Virus record (IMG/VR): IMGVR_UViG_3300027917_000038
Coordinates: 1 to 64,000 of that record
Reading direction: 5' to 3' (one strand)
Origin: a virus
Length of the DNA stretch: 64,000 nucleotides
A program made the translations under genes and the position numbers. How positions within the stretch are numbered: the first letter of the stretch is position 1; every line of letters begins with the position of its first letter. The notes beneath the pieces were generated by a model. That model had not been told where the DNA came from, did not search any database, and saw nothing but the letters and a program-made list of their open reading frames with translations. Below, in pieces: positions 20,750 through 32,096 of the stretch.

Positions 20750-22583
20750 TTACATTAATATTAAAAAATTTGTCATTTCTAAAATAACTTTCATATAAAT
20801 CCGCTACACCACTCAAACAATCTAAATGGTTTGGCCCCCATCCCCAAGGATATAATCTTTGCCAATTTCCATTTGGAGAATAACCACCAACCCAATCAGC
20901 ACCAAAATTATCAACAAAACTAAAACCAACACCACTTGATTTTATTCTTACAGGTCTGTTTGAAGGTAAACTATTAAGAAACTGTATTCCAGTTTCAACT
21001 GATTCTAAATTTATTCTTATATCATCTACATATCCCAATTGTCCACCTAAATATTGATCAGCTACAAATGACATTTGTAAATGATAATCATTATTGAACA
21101 TAGCAGGTCTTATTAAATTGTTATTATGATCATAAAAACCACTTCCTCTAAAGTCTACATAAAATGACCATAAATCTACACCTGTTAAATATGCTCCTAT
21201 TCTTAAATTTGTTTGTGATGGATGAATCCATATATCTATTGTTCCTGTTGGCTGACTTATTGCATATCCAGTTTTTGTTTCTATGTGAGAACTATCGGTA
21301 AGTTTACACCAATGTCTTCCAATATCATTAACATTTTGAAGACTTACTGAACCACTTGTGTTCCATTTAGATAAATCATCTTCAAAATCATCAACACATT
21401 CACACCATCCATTCCAATATCTATATCTACTAAACCAATTATCATAATAACCACTTGTAGAACTTTCTAATATTTTCCTTTCCATTAAATGACCTTTTTG
21501 ATGATAAACACATCCACATGAAAGATCATCTAAGTTTCCAAAAAATTCAAATGAATAAAATCCAATAAAAACATTTACTCCTGCTGGAGTTACAGAACGT
21601 GCTATGAATTTTGCCAAATCAATATCCCCAGAATCAAAAGGAGAACCTAAACTTCCCTCGATGGGAATACTTATATCCCAATGAGGCATTGAAAAATGGT
21701 ATCTTTCTGTTATTATTATTTCTCCTTCCGACACATTATAAAAATGTGCAAACAATCTCTTAATTTCTGATACTGTTGGCGTTACCCACCATTTTTGAGT
21801 CCATGCTTGGTTTATAAATTTCCAAACTTTATTCCATTGCGCATCTGATAATGGATATGAACTAAATTTTTCTCTTGAAATCCCTACATCATATCCTTTT
21901 GCAATTGCTATTCCTCTTGAAGCATTTTCTCCAGAATATTTATAACCTTTGCATTGTGGACATTGAATTCCATTTAATAATCCGGTTCCCTTGCATGTAT
22001 TACATTCAGTTGGAGAAATCCATATAGAATTTACTATTTGTTTAATCATATTATGTATTCTATACATCCCCAAATAATATAAAACTTTACTTCCTTCACT
22101 TGCTAATGCATAAAATGAAACCTTTCCACCGGCAGTTGTTAATGGTAAGTTTGATGTTATATTTGTTATTTCAAATATTTTATTCCCTAATGATGCCACT
22201 AAGAAAGTTGCATTTGGTCTTGTAAATCTTGGTATTTCTAATGTTCCATTTGATGTTGTTGTGCTAGTTTTATATTGTTTTTTAATAATTGTTTTTCCCA
22301 ATTGATTAAATTCTATATCTTGATCATATTCAGCAACATTTCCAATAATTGTCAATGTTAAATTCTTTTCTCTTATTTTTTCATCAACAATTGCTATGAC
22401 TGGACATGGTACTGCTATATCAATAGTATCTTTAACATAAGAAACAGATTCTTTTTTAACAAATCCATTAACTCTATCCCATTCGGCTAATTTAACTAAA
22501 CTGTGACCACTATACGGCGTTTGTTCAATACTTTGTTTAAATGCCGTATTTAAATAAACATCAATCTGGTCTCTTATATCCAT
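20736..22583 (-). CDS. Baseplate wedge (gpI-like) protein with zinc finger and C-terminal beta domain
   Basis: Follows baseplate J; PTV..IK..F and TPAGV motifs; CNTCKGTG/CPQCKG. Confidence 0.55.
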   Translation of the reverse strand: MDIRDQIDVYLNTAFKQSIEQTPYSGHSLVKLAEWDRVNGFVKKESVSYVKDTIDIAVPCPVIAIVDEKIREKNLTLTIIGNVAEYDQDIEFNQLGKTIIKKQYKTSTTTSNGTLEIPRFTRPNATFLVASLGNKIFEITNITSNLPLTTAGGKVSFYALASEGSKVLYYLGMYRIHNMIKQIVNSIWISPTECNTCKGTGLLNGIQCPQCKGYKYSGENASRGIAIAKGYDVGISREKFSSYPLSDAQWNKVWKFINQAWTQKWWVTPTVSEIKRLFAHFYNVSEGEIIITERYHFSMPHWDISIPIEGSLGSPFDSGDIDLAKFIARSVTPAGVNVFIGFYSFEFFGNLDDLSCGCVYHQKGHLMERKILESSTSGYYDNWFSRYRYWNGWCECVDDFEDDLSKWNTSGSVSLQNVNDIGRHWCKLTDSSHIETKTGYAISQPTGTIDIWIHPSQTNLRIGAYLTGVDLWSFYVDFRGSGFYDHNNNLIRPAMFNNDYHLQMSFVADQYLGGQLGYVDDIRINLESVETGIQFLNSLPSNRPVRIKSSGVGFSFVDNFGADWVGGYSPNGNWQRLYPWGWGPNHLDCLSGVADLYESYFRNDKFFNINVSGVC

Positions 22584-24418
22584 TAACCTACTCCTCTTTG
22601 TAGATTTCTTGTTCCTAAATCTGCTATCTCATTATCAGCAAGAACTATATCTTCCTTAGCCCAATCAGCCACGTCAAATCTTTTTATATACAATTCTTTT
22701 TGATTAATAACTTGAGGATGTTTCATAATTTGATGTTCTATTTCAGCATAAATAACATCGTCTCCAGTTTTAAGAGATTCTAAGTAAGTTTCAATATTTG
22801 TAATAACATCTTCTCTTACTGTAGCAAAATCTGCCAATTCATTTATATAAATTATTCCTCTTATATCTATATTAATTTCTGTTGCCTCTAATATTTGATA
22901 TTGAATTCCTATTGGGCTATAACCTTGTCCATCAACATAATCTAATAATCCATCTAATTCAGTTTTAAGGTTTTCAAATCCAAATCCATCGTCTGGTGCC
23001 AATATAGTCGTATAACCAGCTCCATTATACCAAGTTTTAAACATTAAATCTACACCAGTCCCTTGACTTGTTTCAACACCAGAAACCCATTTATATAAAT
23101 CATATCTAGGACTTGTTCCATATCCTTCTACACCTGTTTGAATTTCCCAATAATTTGCAGAAAAATCAATTCCAGTAATCCCATCATCAGAAGGATGAAG
23201 CCAAAAATCTAATCTATAAGTTTTTGTTTTATCCAAACTATTATATTTAAGATCAATATTAATATCTTGAAATCCTGTTAACCCAGGTCTTAAATCCTCT
23301 TCTCTAAATGTCCCAGTGTCTAAATAAACACCTGTTTCTGCTGTTGATAATCTTATTCCCATTTTAATTGGAGGAGGACTATTTATAGCTCTTCCTTTTA
23401 ATGTAACCCTACCTAATGATAAAACTAAATTACCAGGAACAAATGATTGTGAATATTCAATTGGATACTGATCGAATCTTATTGGAGTTCCAATTGTTGG
23501 ACTATCCCAATTAGCAATTGATGTTTGGTCAACTCCTTTATCTTGATAAACCTTTACTGCTCTAACACCATTAATTCCATTCGCAATATCTCTAACTCTT
23601 CCTAATGTAAAATTTCTTCTTTGTGCTAATAATAATCTTTCTCTATATTTATCATGTGATTCTTTATCTTGACCACCAGAAACCCCATTAGAATTTGTAA
23701 CAGTTAAAAAAGGATAAGTAACAGAAGTTGTAATTTCACCAACTTTTGCGTTACTAATTACACCAGATTCAACAGATGTTACTTCTATTCTTCTAGTTAC
23801 TGTTCCATTAACTTCAGTATAATAATTTTCATTTTCCACTATATAACCAGAACTAGCAGCTAACCAATGAAGATTGTTCTTATAAGTTTGATCAAATTCA
23901 TATACAGAAGAAGGTATTGGATTTAAATTTTCATCTAATACTTGAACAACTGAATCAGCATATAAATAATCACTTGGAAAATAATCATAAGATTCTCCAG
24001 TTTTTAATTTAGTCATACTTATCCTATATTCTATAGGCGTATTGGCATCACTTAAATAACTATTAAGAGAGCTCTTGAATTCTGCACCAGCATTTATTAT
24101 TATATCTGCTCCGTTTACTGTTGCCGAAGCATCTACATATCCTTGCGCACGAGTTGCTCCTCTTCGTGGAAGTCCTGCCTCTATACCATGTTTATCTAAC
24201 CATTCTCCAACAGCATTATAAATAGACATTTGTTCAGAACAAGTCTCTAATAAAGTTTCATAGTAATATTCATCAAGCGCATGAATTTTCATCATTTGCC
24301 ATATAAATGAACTTGGACTAAAATTCACTACATCAAGTAAATTTTTTGCTTTTTCTTCAAAATCTTCTATTATTTCTATCGCACTTCTTGGTGTGAATCC
24401 GTCATCATCAAAGGGCAT
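22583..24418 (-). CDS. Baseplate J-like wedge protein
   Basis: AVGEWLD..G...R..ATRAQG, GGQDKES...RERL, LKTGDDV. Confidence 0.85.
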   Translation of the reverse strand: MPFDDDGFTPRSAIEIIEDFEEKAKNLLDVVNFSPSSFIWQMMKIHALDEYYYETLLETCSEQMSIYNAVGEWLDKHGIEAGLPRRGATRAQGYVDASATVNGADIIINAGAEFKSSLNSYLSDANTPIEYRISMTKLKTGESYDYFPSDYLYADSVVQVLDENLNPIPSSVYEFDQTYKNNLHWLAASSGYIVENENYYTEVNGTVTRRIEVTSVESGVISNAKVGEITTSVTYPFLTVTNSNGVSGGQDKESHDKYRERLLLAQRRNFTLGRVRDIANGINGVRAVKVYQDKGVDQTSIANWDSPTIGTPIRFDQYPIEYSQSFVPGNLVLSLGRVTLKGRAINSPPPIKMGIRLSTAETGVYLDTGTFREEDLRPGLTGFQDINIDLKYNSLDKTKTYRLDFWLHPSDDGITGIDFSANYWEIQTGVEGYGTSPRYDLYKWVSGVETSQGTGVDLMFKTWYNGAGYTTILAPDDGFGFENLKTELDGLLDYVDGQGYSPIGIQYQILEATEINIDIRGIIYINELADFATVREDVITNIETYLESLKTGDDVIYAEIEHQIMKHPQVINQKELYIKRFDVADWAKEDIVLADNEIADLGTRNLQRGVG

Positions 24419-24797
24419 TTAATGTCTCACCTATTGTTATTTCTGATGCTACTATTGTTCCTAATCTACTTTTTACAGAAAATTTTGCTCTCATTTGTTG
24501 ACCATCTCTCGTAGCCTTTACATAGTCAATTGAAAATAATAATCTTTCCTTTGCTGGATCTAACGCATCAGCTAGTAATGATTCTATTACTTCTGGAGGA
24601 GAACCAGTAGAATTCATTCTAATTGCCTCTTCTAAATCAAAACCATAATATAAATTCCAGATTTCAGAGCCAACTTGACATTGTAAGAGATTTGTAATCA
24701 ATTGATAAAATGCGTAATCATCCGCAACTTGTACAAAATCTCCATCTTCCCCAATTATTGGGTCTCCTGTTCGCAAATCCAGTAAAATTCCAGGCAT
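24408..24797 (-). CDS. gp25-like baseplate/sheath initiator
   Basis: L...G.E.W...YG motif, size, position before J. Confidence 0.65.
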   Translation of the reverse strand: MPGILLDLRTGDPIIGEDGDFVQVADDYAFYQLITNLLQCQVGSEIWNLYYGFDLEEAIRMNSTGSPPEVIESLLADALDPAKERLLFSIDYVKATRDGQQMRAKFSVKSRLGTIVASEITIGETLNAL

Positions 24798-24832
24798 TTT
24801 TAAACACTCTTATATTTTTAATATTTTAATAA

Positions 24833-24846
24833 TTTTTAAATATGAT
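24833..24846 (-). promoter_or_regulatory. Late-class TATA promoter
   Basis: ATCATATTTAAAAA on the - strand, 35 nt upstream of the gp25-like start. Confidence 0.5.
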
Positions 24847-24859
24847 ACAATTAATTTTT

Positions 24860-25177
24860 TTATGAACTTTTTAATTTTGTTTGGGTTGGTGTAATAACGA
24901 CCGTGTTACCGTATGTACCAGTTGCGTTATCACCAGCCCTTAATACATTTGTACTATTATCTTTTAATTTTGTTGTTCCAGGTGTAACTGTAACCACATC
25001 TGTTGTTCCAGAAGGCGGTGTTGGGCCAGCTGATGTAAAAGTAACAACAACTTTAGTTATAACCTTTGTTCCATTAACAGAAACTTTAATCCCTGGAGTA
25101 TATACAGTACTAGTAACACTAAAAGGCGGTACTGGTGTGGACACTGCGTCTCCTACTAATCCTACGGCCAAACTCAC
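24860..25177 (-). CDS. PAAR-like spike tip protein
   Basis: VGD, KVSVNG, VLRAGD; follows the spike gene. Confidence 0.6.
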   Translation of the reverse strand: MSLAVGLVGDAVSTPVPPFSVTSTVYTPGIKVSVNGTKVITKVVVTFTSAGPTPPSGTTDVVTVTPGTTKLKDNSTNVLRAGDNATGTYGNTVVITPTQTKLKSS

Positions 25178-26913
25178 GTTACATCCAACCCCGCAGTTGT
25201 TAATGTTGCTTTAGATGCTCCAGCAACCATTTCTACTTTACTACTATCAATTGTAAATGTATTTGAACCAACTGTTACTACAACATTTGTTGTTTTTAAC
25301 ACTAATGTATTTTCACCTGTTTTTAGTGTTATTCTGTCATCAGCAGTTAACAAAATCCTATTCGAAGAACCGTATATCGCAATATTATTATCTCCATATT
25401 TCAATCTAATTTTCTCATCATCCGCTTCTACATAAATACCAAAATCTCCAGATTTTAACTCTATATTATTATTAGCATTTATTTTTATTGTGCCATCTGG
25501 TTTCAAATGTAAAAATGGTTTTGTTGTATCTTCACTTGGAATAGACTGTGAATCTGTATCTTCAATCTGTAAATAAGTTTCTCCATCATCCTTAATATAT
25601 AAACACCATCCATTTGGTAATTGAAATCTAAAATCATCTGGGTTTTTAGATGGAATTAAAAATGCTGGACTTCCATTACCCATTACAAAAGGGCCTAACA
25701 CTGATTGTTCTATTCTATCATTAACAGCAAATAAAAGTTGATTAGGATTAGTATGAATATTATTTGTTCTTGGAAAAAATAAACCAGCTCTATCATCAAG
25801 ATATGGAGTTGTTCTTCCAACACGTGGCAATGTGTATACAGGTGTTGTAACATTCATTGGAACATTTCTTGGTGTTTTCTTAGAATATTGAAATGTGCTT
25901 TTTTCTATTGAAACTTCATCAACATATTCATTATCTCCCTCATCTTTAGTTACTCTTCCAATACGAATCTGATTAAATTTAACATCTTTAAAAATATACT
26001 CAACAGCTAATATTCTTTCTTGATTTTCTTCTAAACTATGATAATATGTTTCCTTATCTATTTTTACTGCTGTTGGAACAAAGCATCCTTTAGTTAAATC
26101 TCCATCTACACCTACTATATGTTTTGCCCATACACATCTCATATCTATCTCTTGATCTTCAACTTGTAACAAATAAGACCATAAAACATTAAGAGGACTA
26201 GCAGCAAATGCTATTTTAGCTCCATCTCTATATTTAGAAAAATTATCAACTTGTCTATTAATAAGTTCTTTTGTGGCATTAAAATCTCCATAAGTTGGTA
26301 GGATAGGGCCTATGAAAAGCATTCCATATTTAATAGTCCATTCAAAATTATTTTCATTAGCAACATATTGAATGAAATCTCTTACTGTCCAAGAAGGATC
26401 TAAAGTAAAATTAGGATATTCAAACTTAAAACTTTGTTTTAAAAAATCGCTGTGTTCACAAAAAATAACTGGTATTATACCAGTAACTTCTAAAACATCT
26501 CTTAATAATTGTTCAACATCTCTTGTTTCTTTATAATCTAATGTTCCAATATTAGCATCTATTAATAATGAATCTAATAAAGCATAACCTTCTTGTATAG
26601 CATACACAACTTTCATATCTTTTTCTAAATCATCATAAACACTAATAACCCTATATTTTTCTTTCCAATAACAATCTTTTATATCTCCTCTGAGATATAA
26701 TTTTAATTCTAAGGAATAATTAGAAAAATTATAACTTACTAAATCTTTATGCATATACCAAAGCATAAAATCTGGCATGCCATATAATCCAGAAAATACT
26801 TTTATTTTATCTAAATACCTGCTTCCTGCAGTCTCAAAACTTCCAACAAACGACACTGAATTTTCTTCGTCAAATGGTAAATACATTCTTATTGCCCAAG
26901 CTGAATTGCTCAA
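25174..26913 (-). CDS. Baseplate hub/central spike (gp27-gp5/VgrG-like)
   Basis: C-terminal short beta repeats (DGTIKINANNNIELKSG...); gene order. Confidence 0.65.
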   Translation of the reverse strand: MSNSAWAIRMYLPFDEENSVSFVGSFETAGSRYLDKIKVFSGLYGMPDFMLWYMHKDLVSYNFSNYSLELKLYLRGDIKDCYWKEKYRVISVYDDLEKDMKVVYAIQEGYALLDSLLIDANIGTLDYKETRDVEQLLRDVLEVTGIIPVIFCEHSDFLKQSFKFEYPNFTLDPSWTVRDFIQYVANENNFEWTIKYGMLFIGPILPTYGDFNATKELINRQVDNFSKYRDGAKIAFAASPLNVLWSYLLQVEDQEIDMRCVWAKHIVGVDGDLTKGCFVPTAVKIDKETYYHSLEENQERILAVEYIFKDVKFNQIRIGRVTKDEGDNEYVDEVSIEKSTFQYSKKTPRNVPMNVTTPVYTLPRVGRTTPYLDDRAGLFFPRTNNIHTNPNQLLFAVNDRIEQSVLGPFVMGNGSPAFLIPSKNPDDFRFQLPNGWCLYIKDDGETYLQIEDTDSQSIPSEDTTKPFLHLKPDGTIKINANNNIELKSGDFGIYVEADDEKIRLKYGDNNIAIYGSSNRILLTADDRITLKTGENTLVLKTTNVVVTVGSNTFTIDSSKVEMVAGASKATLTTAGLDVT

Positions 26914-27929
26914 AAAAATCCCCTCGTTTCTAATATTCCTGGTATTCTTCCTTCTTCTTCTCTATCTACGCCAAAATAATTACGTATAAATTGCGATCCA
27001 AATTGTGATACATTATCCCAATTAAACATTTCATTATAAAGGAGAAGTGTAGTTGTTACTTCTAATGCTCCTTTCATTGCCGCTGTTAAAAGCGGATGTT
27101 CATCTTGAGTAAATTTCTTATAAACTTTAACTTCTGTATCTTGAAATCCTGGTTTATCATCTGGAATATTTATTTTTCCAAATGTATATTGTGGGACTGG
27201 TTCATATTTTCTAAAGAAAATTGTATATTCAACCATCTTTCTGTTTTCTCTATCAAGTCTTTGTCTCCATGAATAAGTTTCAATATACATTGATAAATAA
27301 ACCCTTTGTCTAGTAATTATTGGAAATGTCATGTGGTATTCTTCATACCCTTCATTTTTATTTTTAATACCTGCTTCAAAGCTTTCCCATGGATCTAATC
27401 CAGGTTCTTCAATAGAAGGATTAACTAATGGTGGTTGTTGAGAATTAACCCATTGAGTAGGTGTTGTATTCCAAGCTCCTGCTTCTAATGATTGTGCAAA
27501 AACATCAATAATATTAGCACTTCCCCATAAAAATAATAAATCTAACATATTAAGAAATATGAATCTATTTTCTCCCCAAGCTCTCCCAACTATTCTTAAT
27601 GATTCATCTCCTCCAGTTTGATGAGCTAAAAACACACCACCATTTGCCCTGTATCTGACTTCTCTATCTGAAATACCGTGACTTAATTCAAGAACAGTTC
27701 CTAATGGAATTCCCGCTATTACGCAAGCTGGTTTAATATCATTCAAATTTCCCCAATAATGTTTTGCCATCATATATCCTAAACTTGTGGCATTAACAAA
27801 AGCATTTGATTTTTTAAAACCTAATGCCTGTGTTAAAACTGGGTATAATGCCGCGCCATACGCAAGACCACCGACCCATCCCGGGATATTATATTCCGCT
27901 TTTGGTATTAAATTACTCAAATATTGCAC
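26910..27929 (-). CDS. Baseplate/tube-initiator-like protein, paralog B
   Basis: Shares motifs with 27913-29256; lies after the tape measure gene. Confidence 0.45.
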   Translation of the reverse strand: MQYLSNLIPKAEYNIPGWVGGLAYGAALYPVLTQALGFKKSNAFVNATSLGYMMAKHYWGNLNDIKPACVIAGIPLGTVLELSHGISDREVRYRANGGVFLAHQTGGDESLRIVGRAWGENRFIFLNMLDLLFLWGSANIIDVFAQSLEAGAWNTTPTQWVNSQQPPLVNPSIEEPGLDPWESFEAGIKNKNEGYEEYHMTFPIITRQRVYLSMYIETYSWRQRLDRENRKMVEYTIFFRKYEPVPQYTFGKINIPDDKPGFQDTEVKVYKKFTQDEHPLLTAAMKGALEVTTTLLLYNEMFNWDNVSQFGSQFIRNYFGVDREEEGRIPGILETRGFF

Positions 27930-29256
27930 CTGCTAATGCTAATCCAAATACAAAACCCATATCTACCGCATCCACATCATAATAATTGTCTACTTTCCAA
28001 CTATTTGTATCTATACCTATTGATTCTTTTTTATATTTAAGAAGCCTATAAGTAAAGTTTGCCGAGTAATATAAAACTGCTTGTGTTTTTGTTCTCGTGT
28101 TCGCATAATAAAATGTTGTATGTGAAGCATCTGCAACAAATTCATTAGGTTCTGTATAAGTTCTTAATAATAAATCATAATTAATTACATCTTTTCCTCC
28201 TTCTACTGTTTCTTCAAAGGAGAATGTTTCTATATATGCATTTGGAATTATTTCGTGATTTAAAATAACAGGAAATGTTATATGTTTTTCATAAGAAGGT
28301 TTTTGTGTAATAATTCCTTCTGTGGCTTCTAATTTTCCACCTGAAAATGCCTTATCTCTCATCATTGCTAAAGCTGATTGTGGATTATTAATGTAATTTG
28401 TAATCATTTCAGAATCCCAATCAAGAACTTCCATATATCCTTTGCTCATCAAAGTAAGCATCCATAATATAGAAAGCCACAATAATCTTAATTCACCAGT
28501 TAATTTACCAACTATTCTTACACTATGTTGTCCTCCTCTTTGAAATGCTAAGAAAATACTTCCAACTGCTCTAAATTTTACTATTTTATTTGAATGCGCA
28601 ACTTCTATTTCTTGAACAGAAGTAGGAGAATCTATTCCCATACCTCCTAAAGGAAGAACTGCAAGTAAAACTTCATTATCAGTAAAAAGTCCTAATCCTG
28701 CTCCAACAAAACCCATTGCGCTCCACATTAATGTCATTGCGTTATATAAAACACGCATTGGTGTAGCAAAAACTGTAACTATTTTTTGTTTAATTTCTAA
28801 TAAAGTTGCTTGTGCTTTTCTAAGCACTTTATTAACATTTGCTTTTAATTTTAATGCTAATCCAGCTTCTGAAATGTCTTCTGGACTGTATTTGCTTTCA
28901 AATTTTAATCTTTTATATTTAAGATCAAATTCTGTTTTTTGTTCTATGAAACCATTTACGGCTTCAATTCCACCACTTGTTCTAAACTTTTTAATTAATC
29001 TTAAATAACTTCCTTTAGTAACACCAAAGGTCGTATTTCTCATAAATTCTAAGAAATCTCTTAATGTATTATATCGACTTGTTCTAAAAGGGCCATAATC
29101 AAAATATTGTACCCAACTGCCCCCACCACTTGTTGCGGCTACCCTTTCAACAATTTTATTTGAGATTTCATTTGCTTTTGATAATTTAAAACCTTTAATC
29201 CATAACTTTTCTGCTATTCTTTTCCTAAAATCATCATAACTTAATAAGTTTGGCAT
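27913..29256 (-). CDS. Baseplate/tube-initiator-like protein, paralog A
   Basis: Shares RA.G..FLA.Q.GG..S.RIVG and H.TFP.I...YIET.S with 26910-27929. Confidence 0.45.
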   Translation of the reverse strand: MPNLLSYDDFRKRIAEKLWIKGFKLSKANEISNKIVERVAATSGGGSWVQYFDYGPFRTSRYNTLRDFLEFMRNTTFGVTKGSYLRLIKKFRTSGGIEAVNGFIEQKTEFDLKYKRLKFESKYSPEDISEAGLALKLKANVNKVLRKAQATLLEIKQKIVTVFATPMRVLYNAMTLMWSAMGFVGAGLGLFTDNEVLLAVLPLGGMGIDSPTSVQEIEVAHSNKIVKFRAVGSIFLAFQRGGQHSVRIVGKLTGELRLLWLSILWMLTLMSKGYMEVLDWDSEMITNYINNPQSALAMMRDKAFSGGKLEATEGIITQKPSYEKHITFPVILNHEIIPNAYIETFSFEETVEGGKDVINYDLLLRTYTEPNEFVADASHTTFYYANTRTKTQAVLYYSANFTYRLLKYKKESIGIDTNSWKVDNYYDVDAVDMGFVFGLALAGAIFE

Positions 29257-30917
29257 TATTCGGTACCTTTTTTATTTATATCTTTCTTTAAATTTTGTTC
29301 CTCTTGTGTTGGTTCATCTAAAGAAGATTGTATTGAATCTAATTTTCCATCCATTTTATTAAATGTTTTTGTGCTTTGGTTTTGCCAATCCTCGTTTTTA
29401 AATCCCGCTTCTCTAAGATTAATCATTTCTTTAAGTATTTGTTGAAACATAATATCTATTTTTTCACTAGATTCATTAATAACTCTTTGAACAACTTCTC
29501 TTGGTTTCTCCTCTTCTTTAATAACTTTTCCAATAATATCTCTCGCGTCCCATCCTTCCATAGCTCTTAATACTTTTTCGAATATTTGTCTTTCTCCTTC
29601 ACTTTTCTTTAATTCAATTCCTAAAAATTTACCTATATCCATAACTTGAAAAGGAGTCATATCTTGTATTAATCTTCTGAATGTACTTTGTAAGAACATT
29701 TCCACTTTTTCTAATAATAAGGAAGGTGGAGCAACTGCCATTTTTGCGGCAAGTTCTCTGAAAAACCCAGAAATATTTTCAATTGATTGTGTTTCTCCTA
29801 ATGGCAAAACACCTGGTGCTCTCCAAAATCCTTCTACTGTTTCCTCTAAATCATCTACTAAAGATGCAGTAAGAGAAACAAGAAAATTATCCAATTGAGG
29901 TTGTATTAATTCTCTTATATTTTGATCAAGTTTATTTTTGAATCCAACAAGTAATTTTTCTATATATTGTTTTATTGATTCCCTAGTTTCTGTTCTATCT
30001 TGCGGTATTTTATCTAATTTAGTTGCAAATCTCTTCCAAGTATCAGTTGTATCAAAATAATCTTGTAAAAATTTATCAAATTGTTTCATTACATCGTTTC
30101 GCATAACCTCAAAAAGACCCCTCGTTATAATATGTTCACCAGCTAGGTGCTTAGCTTCTCCATCAACAGCCCCATAAACTTTGGCTACATCACTACTTAA
30201 GGTATCAAGTCTTTTTGTAAAAAAAGTATCAAGAAGTTGTGTTATCTCTGTAACTGCCTCATCAATATCAGGCATATCACTTAAAATATCTTTTGTGTTA
30301 TCCAATAATTGTTCAATTTCCTCATTCATTTGTAATTGTTTTTCACGTATTCCATCAAGAACCATACTTGATTGTTCAATAAAATTATTAAGTATTATAA
30401 AATCTTGAGAAATAGTTGACATAACATCCCATACATCTTTAATTTTATCCAAAACTTCTTTTAAAATTTCAGCATTATCCGCATCTTTTAATTCTCTTAT
30501 TTGTTCTACTAAAGCACCGATTATATCATTTTTTGCTTTCGTTATAGATCCAACAACACTTAAACTTAAATAATTTCTTATAGCCGCTGTATCCCCTACA
30601 ATAGTATCAAGAATTTGAAAAATTTGATTTAAAGGATCTGTAAAATCAAGAAGCGCTTCTTGTATAATTTCTTTTACATTTTCTAATAAATTTGGAAATT
30701 TATCAATAAGAGGTTTTAAAGTATTAATTAATTGACCAACCCTTCTGTTAACATCTGTTATTTTATTACTTATTTCTGTTAGTTGTTCTTTTGGAATTTC
30801 AGCTTCTATTTTTCCACCTGCTTGTCTAATCTCTTCCAATCTTTTCCATAATTGTTCAAGATTAGATCCTTCATCTATTTCTAATGAAACCATTAATTTA
30901 TCAATTGGTTGGCTCAT
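29256..30917 (-). CDS. Tape measure protein
   Basis: Long helical/coiled-coil protein after tube and chaperone genes. Confidence 0.6.
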   Translation of the reverse strand: MSQPIDKLMVSLEIDEGSNLEQLWKRLEEIRQAGGKIEAEIPKEQLTEISNKITDVNRRVGQLINTLKPLIDKFPNLLENVKEIIQEALLDFTDPLNQIFQILDTIVGDTAAIRNYLSLSVVGSITKAKNDIIGALVEQIRELKDADNAEILKEVLDKIKDVWDVMSTISQDFIILNNFIEQSSMVLDGIREKQLQMNEEIEQLLDNTKDILSDMPDIDEAVTEITQLLDTFFTKRLDTLSSDVAKVYGAVDGEAKHLAGEHIITRGLFEVMRNDVMKQFDKFLQDYFDTTDTWKRFATKLDKIPQDRTETRESIKQYIEKLLVGFKNKLDQNIRELIQPQLDNFLVSLTASLVDDLEETVEGFWRAPGVLPLGETQSIENISGFFRELAAKMAVAPPSLLLEKVEMFLQSTFRRLIQDMTPFQVMDIGKFLGIELKKSEGERQIFEKVLRAMEGWDARDIIGKVIKEEEKPREVVQRVINESSEKIDIMFQQILKEMINLREAGFKNEDWQNQSTKTFNKMDGKLDSIQSSLDEPTQEEQNLKKDINKKGTE

Positions 30918-31552
30918 ATTAATCCTCCTAACATTTTTCTTAAATCAACAATATCTCCAGTTTTTGATAATTTCTTTTTAGGAGTTAGCATATTCTTTCT
31001 TGAATAAAGTAAGAAGTCTCTTTGTAATTTTGTCATCTTACTAATTTCAGTAAGAGGAACATTTAACGTGAATATAACATTAGCTAAAATTTCTCCTTCA
31101 TCAGATTTGATAATTTCTTTTATAACTTCTTCTGGCTGATAGGAAAAACCCAAAACTATCTTAGCTATTTCATGTACTTTTCTCATTTTTTTTACAAGAT
31201 GAAATCCTTTTGGTATTCCAGAAACAGTAGTAGAAAATTCTTCATCTTGAAAATCTTTCATTGCGAAAAAAACTATCCAATAATCTACTTCATTGTAATA
31301 CTTTTGTAAAACCGCCAATTTCTGATTGTCTAATTCTATTTCTTCTTTCGGTTTGACCAAACTCAGTTTGAGCTTGACAACTAAGTTTGAAACCTCAGCA
31401 CCAAGAAACTTTAATGTGTTATAAAAACATTCATCTAATTCTACACTAGAAATTGGTCGGAGAGGTAATGATTCTCCAAAATAATCATATTGATATACTT
31501 CAGTAGTTCCTAAAGATATGTGTTTAATCATACCTTTCACTTCTCTGGCCAA
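30914..31552 (-). CDS. Tail assembly chaperone
   Basis: Position between tube and tape measure genes. Confidence 0.45.
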   Translation of the reverse strand: MAREVKGMIKHISLGTTEVYQYDYFGESLPLRPISSVELDECFYNTLKFLGAEVSNLVVKLKLSLVKPKEEIELDNQKLAVLQKYYNEVDYWIVFFAMKDFQDEEFSTTVSGIPKGFHLVKKMRKVHEIAKIVLGFSYQPEEVIKEIIKSDEGEILANVIFTLNVPLTEISKMTKLQRDFLLYSRKNMLTPKKKLSKTGDIVDLRKMLGGLI

Positions 31553-32094
31553 TCAGTTTCGTACGTTCCATCGCCTTCAATCATGGCATCAAAATCTTCT
31601 GTTTCTTTTATGTAGTGTCTTAAAGCCATGCACTCAAATTCACGAAGGGGCATTTCTGCTTGAGCATAGTTTGTTCTTTCGGTTGTTACTCTACAACCTA
31701 AAAATTCCTCATAACCATCAATCCAAATACCTTCATGTGGATTATCTTCTAATGTAATATCACTAACATCGCTTGCAAGATTTAATTGAATATCGAAAGG
31801 AATTTTAGAAGCGGCAAGGCGTCTCATTTTCTCAAAATTGTCTCCAGATTCTTTTGTAAATACTGAAAGACGAATATCTGGAATACCATCTTGATATCCT
31901 TGATTATATTGTTCTAATGAACTAATTCTGGCTAATGGTCTTGTTATTGTTATAGAACTTCTATCAACACCAAATAACTCAAAACTATCAGATTCAACAG
32001 TTCCAGGGGAAAACAATCGAGATGGATACGTAACTAACCATATTAATTTAACATCCCATGTTTTATAATTTCTGCTTAAACTAGGTTCTGACAT
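31537..32094 (-). CDS. Tail tube protein
   Basis: 185 aa, beta-rich, directly after the sheath gene. Confidence 0.6.
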   Translation of the reverse strand: MSEPSLSRNYKTWDVKLIWLVTYPSRLFSPGTVESDSFELFGVDRSSITITRPLARISSLEQYNQGYQDGIPDIRLSVFTKESGDNFEKMRRLAASKIPFDIQLNLASDVSDITLEDNPHEGIWIDGYEEFLGCRVTTERTNYAQAEMPLREFECMALRHYIKETEDFDAMIEGDGTYETDWPEK

Positions 32095-32096
32095 TT

